Below, one piece after another: positions 26,525 through 35,732 of a stretch of 64,000 nt of DNA. The DNA lies in assembly GCA_016744855.1 (NCBI GenBank), contig JADGDO010000017.1, positions 572 to 64,571 of the forward strand, written 5' to 3'. The DNA is from Candidatus Fermentibacteraceae bacterium (lineage in GTDB: Bacteria; Fermentibacterota; Fermentibacteria; Fermentibacterales; JCC-6). Position numbers and translations under genes: made by a program. The notes below the pieces were generated by a model. That model saw only the letters and a program-made list of their open reading frames with translations. It searched no databases and was not told the DNA's origin. The number at the start of each line of letters is the position of its first letter. Position 1 is the first letter of the stretch.

Positions 26525-27639
26525 TGAAAATACTTGGACAAATTTCCCAGGGACTTGAGGAACTGGGAGCACTTGAATTGAAAAGACTTGGCGCAAAGAA
26601 AATTGACCCCACATACAGGGGTGTTTTCTTTGAAGCTGATGCTGCAATAGTTATGAAAGTTAACTACGAGTCACGACTTTTTGATCGCTTTCTTCTTCCT
26701 CTTGTGGGTTTTGGATGTCACTCCTCTGATTACCTATATCAGAAGGCTCTGAAGTATCCATGGGAAAGCCTCTTCGGCATCAATCACACTTTTGCAATCA
26801 GCGGTGCTGCATCAGGCTCAAATATCAACCATTCGAAATGGGCAACTCTGAAACTCAAGGATGCGATTGTAGATCACTTCCGCGAGATTACAGGGAAAAG
26901 ACCTTCAGTGGACAGGTATGAAGCAGATGTTAATCTGGATCTTAGGATAAGAGGCAATCATGCTGAAATCCGTCTGGATCTTTCCGGTGGTTCGCTTCAC
27001 CGCAGAGGTTACAGAATGGAATCTGTGAAAGCCCCGATGCGTGAAACAATCGCGGCAGCTGCACTTGAGATGTCCGGCTGGACCGGAGAAAAACGTCTTG
27101 TCGATCCTATGTGCGGATCAGGTACTCTTCTTTGTGAAGCGCTGATGAAGTACTGTCATATCCCAGCTGGGTTCTACCGAGAGAAGTGGGGATTCTTCCG
27201 GATGGATGAATTCAGTAAGCTTGTATGGAAAAATGTTAAAGCCGAAGCTGACGATAAAATTATAGCTCTCCCTGATGGGCTCATATCCGGATCAGACATA
27301 GCTTCCCGTGCTGTTAATGCAACAAGAATCAATCTGGGATGTTTCAGAGACGGTGGAAAGGTACAGATTTCAAGAAGAGACTGGCACACCCACCCGGGGT
27401 ATGATTCCTGTACTATTCTCACAAACCCTCCACATGGAATCCGACTTGCTGAAGGCGCTGCCGAAGAGCTTGCAAGAGATTTTGGCGACTTCATGAAGCA
27501 GAAATGCTCCGGTTCAGAAGCATACATCTACATGGGTGACAGAGCGCTTCTCAAAAATGTCGGGCTTAGAACAAGCTGGAAAAAACAGTTGTTCTCAGGT
27601 GGTCTCGACGGCAGGTTGGCCAAATACGAACTTTACTGA
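26524..27639 (+). CDS. THUMP-domain class I SAM-dependent RNA methyltransferase (RlmL/YpsC-like)
   Basis: N-terminal THUMP-like region, DPMCGSGTLLCEA SAM motif, and NPPHG catalytic motif. Confidence 0.85.
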   Translation: MKILGQISQGLEELGALELKRLGAKKIDPTYRGVFFEADAAIVMKVNYESRLFDRFLLPLVGFGCHSSDYLYQKALKYPWESLFGINHTFAISGAASGSNINHSKWATLKLKDAIVDHFREITGKRPSVDRYEADVNLDLRIRGNHAEIRLDLSGGSLHRRGYRMESVKAPMRETIAAAALEMSGWTGEKRLVDPMCGSGTLLCEALMKYCHIPAGFYREKWGFFRMDEFSKLVWKNVKAEADDKIIALPDGLISGSDIASRAVNATRINLGCFRDGGKVQISRRDWHTHPGYDSCTILTNPPHGIRLAEGAAEELARDFGDFMKQKCSGSEAYIYMGDRALLKNVGLRTSWKKQLFSGGLDGRLAKYELY

Positions 27640-29054
27640 TACTGAGAAATCACCTCATTCATCAGTTCTTTCACTCTGGTTCCGGGGTACTGTTTTACTG
27701 CCCCGGAAGCTGTCACTGCTGCCCATGCGTTTCTTGCCTTTTCCATATCTTCCGAAGCTGCTGCAAAAACCTCGGCCTCTGATGGATAATATCGGGCTAC
27801 CCCCTCTGCCTGAGCGGCAGAAGCAACTTTTGCTGCAACATGGGGGAACAAGCCTGTATCGATCATTGAGGGAAGTATTCTACCCGCTCCTATAATACCC
27901 TGTACTGTATAATCAGCTATTGCTCTGGCGGCTGCAACTGCCATTCTGTCTGTAATTGCAGAAGCACCGGTAAGAAGAACACCCTTAAGAATACCCGGAA
28001 AACCAAGAGAATTATTCACCTGGTTGGGGTAGTCACCTCTGCCTGTCGCAACAATTGCAGCACCGGCATTTATGGCATCTGAGGGGAAAATCTCCGGAAT
28101 TGGATTTGCACAAGCAAAGACAATCGCATTTTCAGCCATTTTCTTTATCCACATAGGATGCACTACGTCCGGTCCGGATTTAGACGCAGCAATGAATACA
28201 TCTGCGTCCTTCACCGCTTCACGAACATTGGTAAATCCAGCGGCATTTGTAATACTGCACAGCTCTCTATGCCAGCCCCAGCCTTCGCCTTCAAAGTCTG
28301 TGCGCTCTGGTCCAAGGGCACCGTGTTCATCAAACATAACAATGCGCTCTGCATTAGCACCGGCTGCAATCATCAGTCTGGCTGCAGTTGAATTAGCTGC
28401 TCCAGCTCCGAAAAACACAATTGAGACATCGCTCAGCTTCTTGCCGACGATTTTAAGCGAATTGAGCAAACCGGCCAATACAACACACCCTGTACCCTGA
28501 GCATCATCATGCCAAACTGGTATGGAGCAGGTTTCCTGTAATTTCTTTAATGCAATGTAGCACTCCGGCTGAGATATATCCTCAAGATTGATAGCTCCGA
28601 ATGTAGGAGCAACAGCATTAACTGTACTAACAAGTGTATCCATGTTTTTGTTTATATCAAGGCAGAGAGGTACAGCATCAAATCCACCCAGAAGTTTCAT
28701 GAGCATGGCTTTCCCCTCCATCACACCCATACCGCCGGAAGGTGTACAGTCCCCGTCGCCTAAAACACGGGTTGAATCACTAACTACAGCCACTGTTCTA
28801 CCACGCGACGTGTGCGAAAATGCGATCTGGTTGTCATCTCTGATAGCTCTGGATACAGAGGATACTCCCGGAGTGTACCAAACCTCAAGCCATCCGTCAT
28901 CCACTTCATCAACCAGAGGAATTGTCATCATTTTTCCACCATGAAACTGGTGAGCATCAAGAGATAGATTGAAGAGGAATTCGGTTGTAGCTTTTTCTGC
29001 TGCGTCCTCCGACAAGGTGTTTCTTATTTCTGCAAGAGCTTCATTCGGGGTCAT
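27633..29054 (-). CDS. NAD(P)-dependent malic enzyme
   Basis: Start at MTPNEAL (AAGGAG 6 nt upstream). YTPGVSSVSRAI, VVSDSTRVLGDGD, FGAINLEDI, GAGAAN. The 3' end overlaps the convergent methyltransferase gene by 7 nt. Confidence 0.9.
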   Translation of the reverse strand: MTPNEALAEIRNTLSEDAAEKATTEFLFNLSLDAHQFHGGKMMTIPLVDEVDDGWLEVWYTPGVSSVSRAIRDDNQIAFSHTSRGRTVAVVSDSTRVLGDGDCTPSGGMGVMEGKAMLMKLLGGFDAVPLCLDINKNMDTLVSTVNAVAPTFGAINLEDISQPECYIALKKLQETCSIPVWHDDAQGTGCVVLAGLLNSLKIVGKKLSDVSIVFFGAGAANSTAARLMIAAGANAERIVMFDEHGALGPERTDFEGEGWGWHRELCSITNAAGFTNVREAVKDADVFIAASKSGPDVVHPMWIKKMAENAIVFACANPIPEIFPSDAINAGAAIVATGRGDYPNQVNNSLGFPGILKGVLLTGASAITDRMAVAAARAIADYTVQGIIGAGRILPSMIDTGLFPHVAAKVASAAQAEGVARYYPSEAEVFAAASEDMEKARNAWAAVTASGAVKQYPGTRVKELMNEVISQYQ

Positions 29055-29571
29055 AACTACTCCTTGAGTATATGCTGCCATTGTTGAGATCCCAGGCCAC
29101 AAAAACAGGCAATTCTTCCAATTCCAGGATTGAAACTGCCTCCGGTCCGAGGTGATCCCAGGCAACTATTTTTCTGGATAATATTTTTGTGGATGCGAGA
29201 GCACCTGCCCCACCGGTAGCGGCCAGATAGACGGCACCGTGTTTTTGAAAAAGTGTTCTTGTTTCACTGCTCATTTCACCTTTACCAATAACAATTTTCA
29301 TACCAAGCTTCAGCATCTGTGGAATAAATGGTTCCATTCTCGCTGAAGTGGTAGGCCCCGATGATCCAATGACACGATTGGGAGGGGCTGGAGAAGGTCC
29401 CATGTAGAAGACTGGAATGTTTTTTATGTCAAACGGGACAGTCCCCGTGCTCAGCATCAGGTTATGCGCCGCATCTCTGGCAGTTGCTACAATTCCTGAG
29501 AGAAGAATTTGTTCCCCCGCCTTCATTGATTTCAAGACCTCATCTGTGACTGGTAGTTTTACAACACGCAT
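29041..29571 (-). CDS. class I (Fe-S) fumarate hydratase, beta subunit
   Basis: Start at MRVVKLP. LSGIVATARDAAH, MGPSPAPP...GPTTSARME, GKGEMS. Confidence 0.88.
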   Translation of the reverse strand: MRVVKLPVTDEVLKSMKAGEQILLSGIVATARDAAHNLMLSTGTVPFDIKNIPVFYMGPSPAPPNRVIGSSGPTTSARMEPFIPQMLKLGMKIVIGKGEMSSETRTLFQKHGAVYLAATGGAGALASTKILSRKIVAWDHLGPEAVSILELEELPVFVAWDLNNGSIYSRSSYDPE

Positions 29572-30416
29572 GATGCTGTCCTGTGGGCATGGCATTCGAT
29601 ACATACTGTTACCGGGAGGGACGCCATGTGACAAGGTAGCTGAAGAATTCTTGTCTCCATAACAGTTGTTTTACCGCCGAACCCCTGAGGTCCAATTCCA
29701 GTTGCATTAAGTATTCCCGTTATCCTGGTTTCAAGATCATGAAGCTCAGAATGCGGATTTTCGAGACCCATATCCCTGAGAAGAGCTTTCTTTGCCAAAA
29801 TACCGCTTGTCTCCAGATTACCACCTATTCCAATACCCACAATCAGAGGTGGGCAGGCTTTTGAAGCTCCTGCAAGAACGCAGCTTTCTGCAAGCTTAAT
29901 TATACCCTCGCACCCGGCAAGAGGTGGAAGCATTGCGGACTGGGAAACATTCTCACTTCCTGCGCCTTTTGCAAGAACTGAAATTCTCAAATCAGCTCCG
30001 GTGACATGCTCCAGATGAATTATTGCGGGAGTGTTATTCAATGTGTTTTTTCTCTCTCCAAGAGGAGGAAAAACCTGAGAAGGACGGAGGTGAGATTGCA
30101 CGCATGCTCTTTCAACACCGGCGTTTACAGCATCAGTAAGTGATGAATCGGTAACAAGTACCTTGTTCCCAAATTCAACAAAAACAACAGCTGTTCCCGT
30201 GTCCTGACAGACAGGCAACCCGGTTTCTGCTGCAATTTTCAGATTCAGAATTTCCAGTTCAAGAGCTTCTCTACCCGGTCCTGGGTTTTCGTTTTCAAGT
30301 ATAGAAGTCAATTTCTGCTCAACTTCTCTGTGAGGACCAATACATGCCTGTGCGTAAAGAGCTGCTACAGCTTTGGAGATATCCTCGCCACTGATATATT
30401 TTATGTTTTCTTTCAT
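29559..30416 (-). CDS. class I (Fe-S) fumarate hydratase, alpha subunit
   Basis: GLPVCQDTGTAVVFVEFG, GSENVS, GIGIGG, CIECHAHR. Confidence 0.88.
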   Translation of the reverse strand: MKENIKYISGEDISKAVAALYAQACIGPHREVEQKLTSILENENPGPGREALELEILNLKIAAETGLPVCQDTGTAVVFVEFGNKVLVTDSSLTDAVNAGVERACVQSHLRPSQVFPPLGERKNTLNNTPAIIHLEHVTGADLRISVLAKGAGSENVSQSAMLPPLAGCEGIIKLAESCVLAGASKACPPLIVGIGIGGNLETSGILAKKALLRDMGLENPHSELHDLETRITGILNATGIGPQGFGGKTTVMETRILQLPCHMASLPVTVCIECHAHRTASCVL

Positions 30417-30429
30417 AGCCGGTAATATG

Positions 30430-33132
30430 CTATTTTTTTCGACTTAGGTTTTCTACGGCATTCAGCAGGTCAACAGCAGAGTATGGTTTCTGCAGGACAT
30501 CGGTGATTCCCTCTTCTGAAAACGATTTTACAAGTTTGTCTCTGCTGTAACCGGTACAGAAGAGCACCGGAATGTCCGGCGCAACTTTTTGTATTCTGCT
30601 GAACGCTTCACTTCCATTCATGACAGGCATCATAGCATCAAATATCAACATATCTATTTGATCGCAGTTCTCTCGGAACAGCTCTACTGCAACTTGACCG
30701 TTCTCTGCTTCAATAATCTCGTGTCCGGCAGATTCAAGAATTGTTTTCGAGATATCTCTCACCATTTCCTCATCTTCAGCAAGCAGGATGGTTAGAGGTG
30801 AAAAGGGTCTTTCTGCAACCTGATCCGAGTTGGTTTCATCGACTCTTTCGATGTTTCCTTTGAAGGTTGGAATACAGGCATCGAAGCGGGAACCCTCGTC
30901 CACAGTGCTCTCAACGAGTAAAACACCGTTGTGTTTTGCCACAATACCATAACTGCTTGCCAGTCCGAGCCCTGTGCCTTTGTCGCTGGATTTGGTTGTA
31001 AAGAAAGGTTCAAATATCCGGCTTCTTATGTTCTCTGGAATACCATCACCATTATCGCTGACCGAAATAACAGCACATTCAACAGGGTCGCTTCCGGCAT
31101 ACAGTGAAACCATTGAAGTGGATGTTTCAACATTTATAACACCAGCTCTTCCTTCAGGAATTGCATCTTTGGCATTAACAAGAAGGTTCATAAGCACCTG
31201 TTCAATCTGAAAAGGATCTCCATTTATCATTGCATCATGAGCTCCGGAGTGAAATTCAAGTTTAGCCCCCGTACCGATAATTCTATGAACCATCCGTACA
31301 AATTCACCAACACGGTGGTCCACAGCAAACACACTTTTCCTGAAGCTCTCATCTCTACTGAATGAAAGTAACTGGCGCGTGAGAAACATTGCCTTTTCTG
31401 TAGCCTGAAGAATCTGATCAAATGATTTACCGGTGGTGCCCGTTCCGTTCAAACCTATTTCAGCAGCTCCCATAATTACCTGTAGTAAATTGTTGAAATC
31501 GTGAGCGACTCCCCCAGCGAGTCTGCCTATTGCTTCCATCTTCTGAGATTGTCTTAGCTGATCTTCCAGCTCATTTTCTCTTGTAATATCATCCACCACA
31601 CCAGCAACAAGAGTTGAATCAAGCAGGTCATCATATAGAAGCACTCTACCAATACTCACTGTTTTGATTCCGTTCCTACCCTGAAGTTTGTAGATTTTTG
31701 CAGTCTTCCCGGATTCCGGGTCAGCCAGAAGTGCATCATCATCACTCTTCAGTTGTGCTGCTGCTGTTGTTCCAAACAGATTCCAATCTTTCAGCTCGAC
31801 TGCCTCTGAGGCAGTGTATCCGAAAATTTCTTCCATTTCACGGTTCCATATCCTGTATGTCATTCCCGCTGACGGGTCTTTTGCGAAAAAGCCTGAAGGT
31901 AAATTGTCAACAAGACCAGAGAGAAATTTCTTTCTCTGTTCGAGCTGATCTCTGAACTTGGTAATCTCGGTAACATCTGTGTATGTGACCATTAATCCAA
32001 CAATTACATCATCTGACGATTTTAGAGGAACCCTGCTGATATTTACTATCTTGTCTTTTGAGCCACTCAAACAGACGTTTTCCAGTTTGTTAAGAACTGG
32101 TTTGCCTGTTTCCATAACCAGTCCTTCTATCTGCCTGGATTCCTCAGTGATCCACAAATTGTCATCAAGGTATTCCTCTGAGGAGACACCTGAGTCATCA
32201 AGAAAAACACGACTGGCTCCACTGTACTTCAAGCTTCTATCTTTCCAGTAGAGACCGATAGGAATTCTATCGAGCAGGTTCTTGAGCATAAGGTTCAAAC
32301 TTAAGAGCTCGTTTTCCGCAGCAACTGATTTCGTCACATCACGGAGGGTGGCAACAATAGTAGTGGGTTTACCCGCTGAGTTTCCGGAAACAACCAATCC
32401 TTTTACAATGATCCAATTGCCAGTGTCATTAAATTTAAGACTAACGGGTGGGATACCCTCTTCACCGGACAGAAAACCTTCCAGTGCATTCAGCAGGTTC
32501 TGCCCTTGTTCGACCGGGAAGAGAGAGAGAACATCCTTAACACTCATCTTTCTGTTGATATTTCTGCCGGACAATTTACTCAGGAAATCTTCTCTGTCGA
32601 AGGTTAGCATCATCAAATCGATATCCAGAACAAAAGTTGTAATGCTTTCGGAGGTGTTCACCAGATCAAGCTTCTCCTGAGCAATCCTGTTGTCAGTAAT
32701 GTCTTTGATGCAAATCAGCAGTTTGTCCTTAGAAATAGCGGTAATATGCCCTTCATAACGAAGAAGCGCGGAACCATTCCTGGCTTCATACTGGAAAGTA
32801 TGGCTATCCCCGGAAAGGGATGTATTCTCTAATGCTTTCAAAAACCCGGCGTGATAATTTCTGTGAACAAATTCGCACCAGTTTCTCCCGGAACAATCAG
32901 AATTGATTTCTCCGGTAAAATCAGGTGGCAGGGAATGAACAGCAAGAATGAGGCCAGATTTGTCAACAGATAGCATTAGAAGAGGAAATGAGGCGAGGAC
33001 ATCCGCATTGTTCTTCGCTTCTCTCAAAACTGAATAACTAACACCCGGAAGCATTTTTCTGTAAAGGATGAAAAGCAGAAGAGCAAACAACAGGCAAACA
33101 AGTATCAATGGAAAGAAAGACGCCATGCTCAC
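30430..33132 (-). CDS. hybrid sensor histidine kinase/response regulator with multiple PAS domains
   Basis: N-terminal TM, several PAS-like segments, H-box GGVAHDFNNLLQVI, HATPase (NLLVNAKDA, GTGLGL), and C-terminal receiver (ILLAEDEE...IFDAMMPVMNG). Confidence 0.9.
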   Translation of the reverse strand: MSMASFFPLILVCLLFALLLFILYRKMLPGVSYSVLREAKNNADVLASFPLLMLSVDKSGLILAVHSLPPDFTGEINSDCSGRNWCEFVHRNYHAGFLKALENTSLSGDSHTFQYEARNGSALLRYEGHITAISKDKLLICIKDITDNRIAQEKLDLVNTSESITTFVLDIDLMMLTFDREDFLSKLSGRNINRKMSVKDVLSLFPVEQGQNLLNALEGFLSGEEGIPPVSLKFNDTGNWIIVKGLVVSGNSAGKPTTIVATLRDVTKSVAAENELLSLNLMLKNLLDRIPIGLYWKDRSLKYSGASRVFLDDSGVSSEEYLDDNLWITEESRQIEGLVMETGKPVLNKLENVCLSGSKDKIVNISRVPLKSSDDVIVGLMVTYTDVTEITKFRDQLEQRKKFLSGLVDNLPSGFFAKDPSAGMTYRIWNREMEEIFGYTASEAVELKDWNLFGTTAAAQLKSDDDALLADPESGKTAKIYKLQGRNGIKTVSIGRVLLYDDLLDSTLVAGVVDDITRENELEDQLRQSQKMEAIGRLAGGVAHDFNNLLQVIMGAAEIGLNGTGTTGKSFDQILQATEKAMFLTRQLLSFSRDESFRKSVFAVDHRVGEFVRMVHRIIGTGAKLEFHSGAHDAMINGDPFQIEQVLMNLLVNAKDAIPEGRAGVINVETSTSMVSLYAGSDPVECAVISVSDNGDGIPENIRSRIFEPFFTTKSSDKGTGLGLASSYGIVAKHNGVLLVESTVDEGSRFDACIPTFKGNIERVDETNSDQVAERPFSPLTILLAEDEEMVRDISKTILESAGHEIIEAENGQVAVELFRENCDQIDMLIFDAMMPVMNGSEAFSRIQKVAPDIPVLFCTGYSRDKLVKSFSEEGITDVLQKPYSAVDLLNAVENLSRKK

Positions 33133-33139
33133 TACCTCT

Positions 33140-33448
33140 CTATTCCCTTATATGCTCCAAACCAACAGATATCAAGGTTGTAACGTGATCGTCAGCCAAA
33201 CTGTAATATACATGCCGGCCTTGTTTTCTGCGAGCTACCAAACCACCGGTTCGCAGCCTTCGCAACTGATGGGAAATAGCTGAAACAGATACACCAAGGG
33301 CCTCTGAAACACTGCATACACACTGCTCTCCGTCAAGAAGATACAGAAGTATCTTCAAGCGTGTTGGATCAGAAACGTTGCTGAAAAGATCTGCAAGGTT
33401 CTCTACCTCATCAGTGGTGACAGCCAGTGCAGGAGCATGTTGAGCCAT
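33140..33448 (-). CDS. ArsR/SmtB family metalloregulatory repressor
   Basis: RLKILLYLLDGEQCVCSVSEALGVSVSAISHQLRRLR...RHVYYSLADDHV. CVC thiolate motif in helix 3. Confidence 0.9.
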   Translation of the reverse strand: MAQHAPALAVTTDEVENLADLFSNVSDPTRLKILLYLLDGEQCVCSVSEALGVSVSAISHQLRRLRTGGLVARRKQGRHVYYSLADDHVTTLISVGLEHIRE

Positions 33449-34700
33449 TTGTTTCCTCCTCTGCTCTTAGTTCACCTTTATGACCGATTCCGGCGAGCGT
33501 GTCAAGAATCAACTGACTGGAATACCCGGCTGAAGGAATGACAGCTGCAGTGCCTGATTCAAGAGAAACAGAAACGGAGTTTACACCATCCAACTTGTTG
33601 AGAGCTTCAGTTACAGATCTGACGCAATTCGGGCAGGTCATCTCTGATACAGTGTAGGTGATAGACTCAGAGTCCCCCACTGCAGCGGACTTCTTCATAG
33701 AAAATCTCGCAAGTTGATCTTTCACCGCATAGAAACCTATTGCAAAAAAGAAAAGAGCAGCTGCAATAATACTCAAGACTCCCAGTAGACCGGAGCTTTC
33801 GTGATGATGAAGAAGGGTACCGGCAGGTATCTCCAGACCGTTCAGAAGTAGTCCAGCCAGAAGGCTGACTGCAACAACAGTAAGAATGTAACTCCAGAAT
33901 GAAAGGGCACCCAGATTCTTTCTTACAGCACCCATTGTGGCTGCGTTGGTAGCGGGACCGGCCATAAGAAAAACAAGGGCACTACCAACCGGGAAACCCG
34001 CATAAACCAGGGCTGCTGCTATCGGAACCGAAGAAACAGAACAAACATACAGAGGAATTCCTATCGCGAGAGCGGCAAGCATTCCAAGCGGCCCCGATAG
34101 AACTGGATACTCTGCAAGTTGTCCGGGTGCGATGAATACTGTTACAAGGGCAGAAATAGCAACACCGATAAACAGCCACAGATAAATGTCTCTGAAGAGT
34201 GTTCCAAAGGCATATCTCCAGATCCTGCTTATAACCGATCCCTTTTCCACAGCAGAGGCCGAAGAGGGAGCTGAGGTGTGTCCATTCTCTTTATCCATAA
34301 CGTCTACAACTGTACCGCTTATCACACCTGCAATAAAGGCAGCAATAACTTTTGCCAGTGCAATTGGCCACCCAAGAAGTGCCCAGGTCGCCGCAATTGA
34401 ATCAACACCTGTCTGGGGTGTGCTTGCCAGGAAGCTTACAGCAGCTCCTTTGCTTGCCCCGTCTTTCCTAAGCCCTAAAGCTGCAGGTAAAACTCCACAG
34501 GAGCACAGTGGCAATGGTACTCCGATCAGGCTTGCCTTTACTGAACTTCCAAGCCCGGGCTTACCCATGTGCCTGAATATTCTGTCTTTCTTAACAAACA
34601 CATGCAGAACACCTGCAATCAGGAGACCCAAAAACAGAGACGGTGCAAGAGCTATACCCGTGTCCCACATCGCAGTAATGAATTCTGTGACATAGTTCAT
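33411..34700 (-). CDS. DUF318/ArsP-type permease fused to a C-terminal heavy-metal-associated (HMA) domain (SO_0444-like Cu/Zn efflux family)
   Basis: Start at MNYVTEF. Two permease halves with LPLCSCGVLP and LYVCSVSSVP motifs. HMA domain YTVSEMTCPNCVRSVTEAL and Cys/His tail GSTCSCTGCHH. The 3' end overlaps arsR. Confidence 0.8.
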   Translation of the reverse strand: MNYVTEFITAMWDTGIALAPSLFLGLLIAGVLHVFVKKDRIFRHMGKPGLGSSVKASLIGVPLPLCSCGVLPAALGLRKDGASKGAAVSFLASTPQTGVDSIAATWALLGWPIALAKVIAAFIAGVISGTVVDVMDKENGHTSAPSSASAVEKGSVISRIWRYAFGTLFRDIYLWLFIGVAISALVTVFIAPGQLAEYPVLSGPLGMLAALAIGIPLYVCSVSSVPIAAALVYAGFPVGSALVFLMAGPATNAATMGAVRKNLGALSFWSYILTVVAVSLLAGLLLNGLEIPAGTLLHHHESSGLLGVLSIIAAALFFFAIGFYAVKDQLARFSMKKSAAVGDSESITYTVSEMTCPNCVRSVTEALNKLDGVNSVSVSLESGTAAVIPSAGYSSQLILDTLAGIGHKGELRAEEETNGSTCSCTGCHH

Positions 34701-34735
34701 ATTAAACCTCTTTTCCTTAAGAACAATGTTAATAC

Positions 34736-34751
34736 TTGAACAACTGTTCAA
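34736..34751. promoter_or_regulatory. putative ArsR/SmtB operator (inverted repeat)
   Basis: TTGAACA-AC-TGTTCAA palindrome 36 nt upstream of the permease ATG. TGAA-N-TTCA type repeats are the classic operators of this repressor family. Confidence 0.55.
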
Positions 34752-34911
34752 ATATAAAATAGTTCCCTCTGAAAATGCAAATTTCACTGATTGTGATCAC
34801 GGGTTTATTGAAACTACTTCTCTTTAGCCATCGTAGTCATGTATGGTCTGAAGCCCATCTGCTACTCAGAGTTCAATCCTTGCTACCCATTTTCGTCAAA
34901 CCACTTGATTG

Positions 34912-35679
34912 CTATCTTTTTTCGTAAATAACATTCAGATGATTCCCGAATTCCATTAAATTTTCACTTTCACAATACTTGTATTGCAGTTCCATGATTT
35001 CCGGTAAGATGCTTTCATCCCCCAACCATTCCTTTGGAGCAGGAAACACCGGAGCCACGAATTTCCTTTTAACCACTAAATTGTGCTGTTTTGCCCAAAG
35101 CAAAAGTTCTTCAATTGTGAAACTTCTACATCCGGTAGACTGACCATTGATATGCAGAATCCGGGTTTCCATATACTTCTTTACATCATCGAAAGTAACA
35201 TTCTGTTGAGAATTTTGACCATACATCAAGTGGTAATTACCCCAAAAAGAGTTAACCGATAAATGGATGTTTCCCCCCGGTTTCGTTACACGGACCAATT
35301 CACTGAAGGCTAACTCAACATCAGGGCAAAAACTGATGGCATCGCCAAAGCAAATCACATAATCAAAATGATTATCTGGAAAGGGAAGATTTTGAATATC
35401 CCCCAACTTATTGCTGACCCTTGGAGATAGATCCAGCTGGTTAAACTTCTCTTCAGCCCGTTCCAGCATGGATTGAGAAATATCAAGATTAACACAGGAC
35501 AGTCTTTCCCGCAGTTTGGCAGCACGTATGGAAAACTCTCCGGTTCCCCCACCAGCATCTAGCAATTGCCCATTTCCCGGCAAGTAGATGTCCAGGTAAT
35601 GCTCAATCATTCCAAAACAGAGATCGTAGACCGGTCCCTTATATATTCGATCGTAAGCTTCACCATCATCGTATTTCAT
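34912..35679 (-). CDS. class I SAM-dependent methyltransferase
   Basis: LLDAGGGTGEFS motif I, DYVICFGDAISF, and VTKPGGNIHLSV. Confidence 0.85.
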   Translation of the reverse strand: MKYDDGEAYDRIYKGPVYDLCFGMIEHYLDIYLPGNGQLLDAGGGTGEFSIRAAKLRERLSCVNLDISQSMLERAEEKFNQLDLSPRVSNKLGDIQNLPFPDNHFDYVICFGDAISFCPDVELAFSELVRVTKPGGNIHLSVNSFWGNYHLMYGQNSQQNVTFDDVKKYMETRILHINGQSTGCRSFTIEELLLWAKQHNLVVKRKFVAPVFPAPKEWLGDESILPEIMELQYKYCESENLMEFGNHLNVIYEKR

Positions 35680-35732
35680 TTTGTTAGACCCTATACCTAT
35701 TCTTTATCTGAAATGTATCTGTTTCTTTCTAT

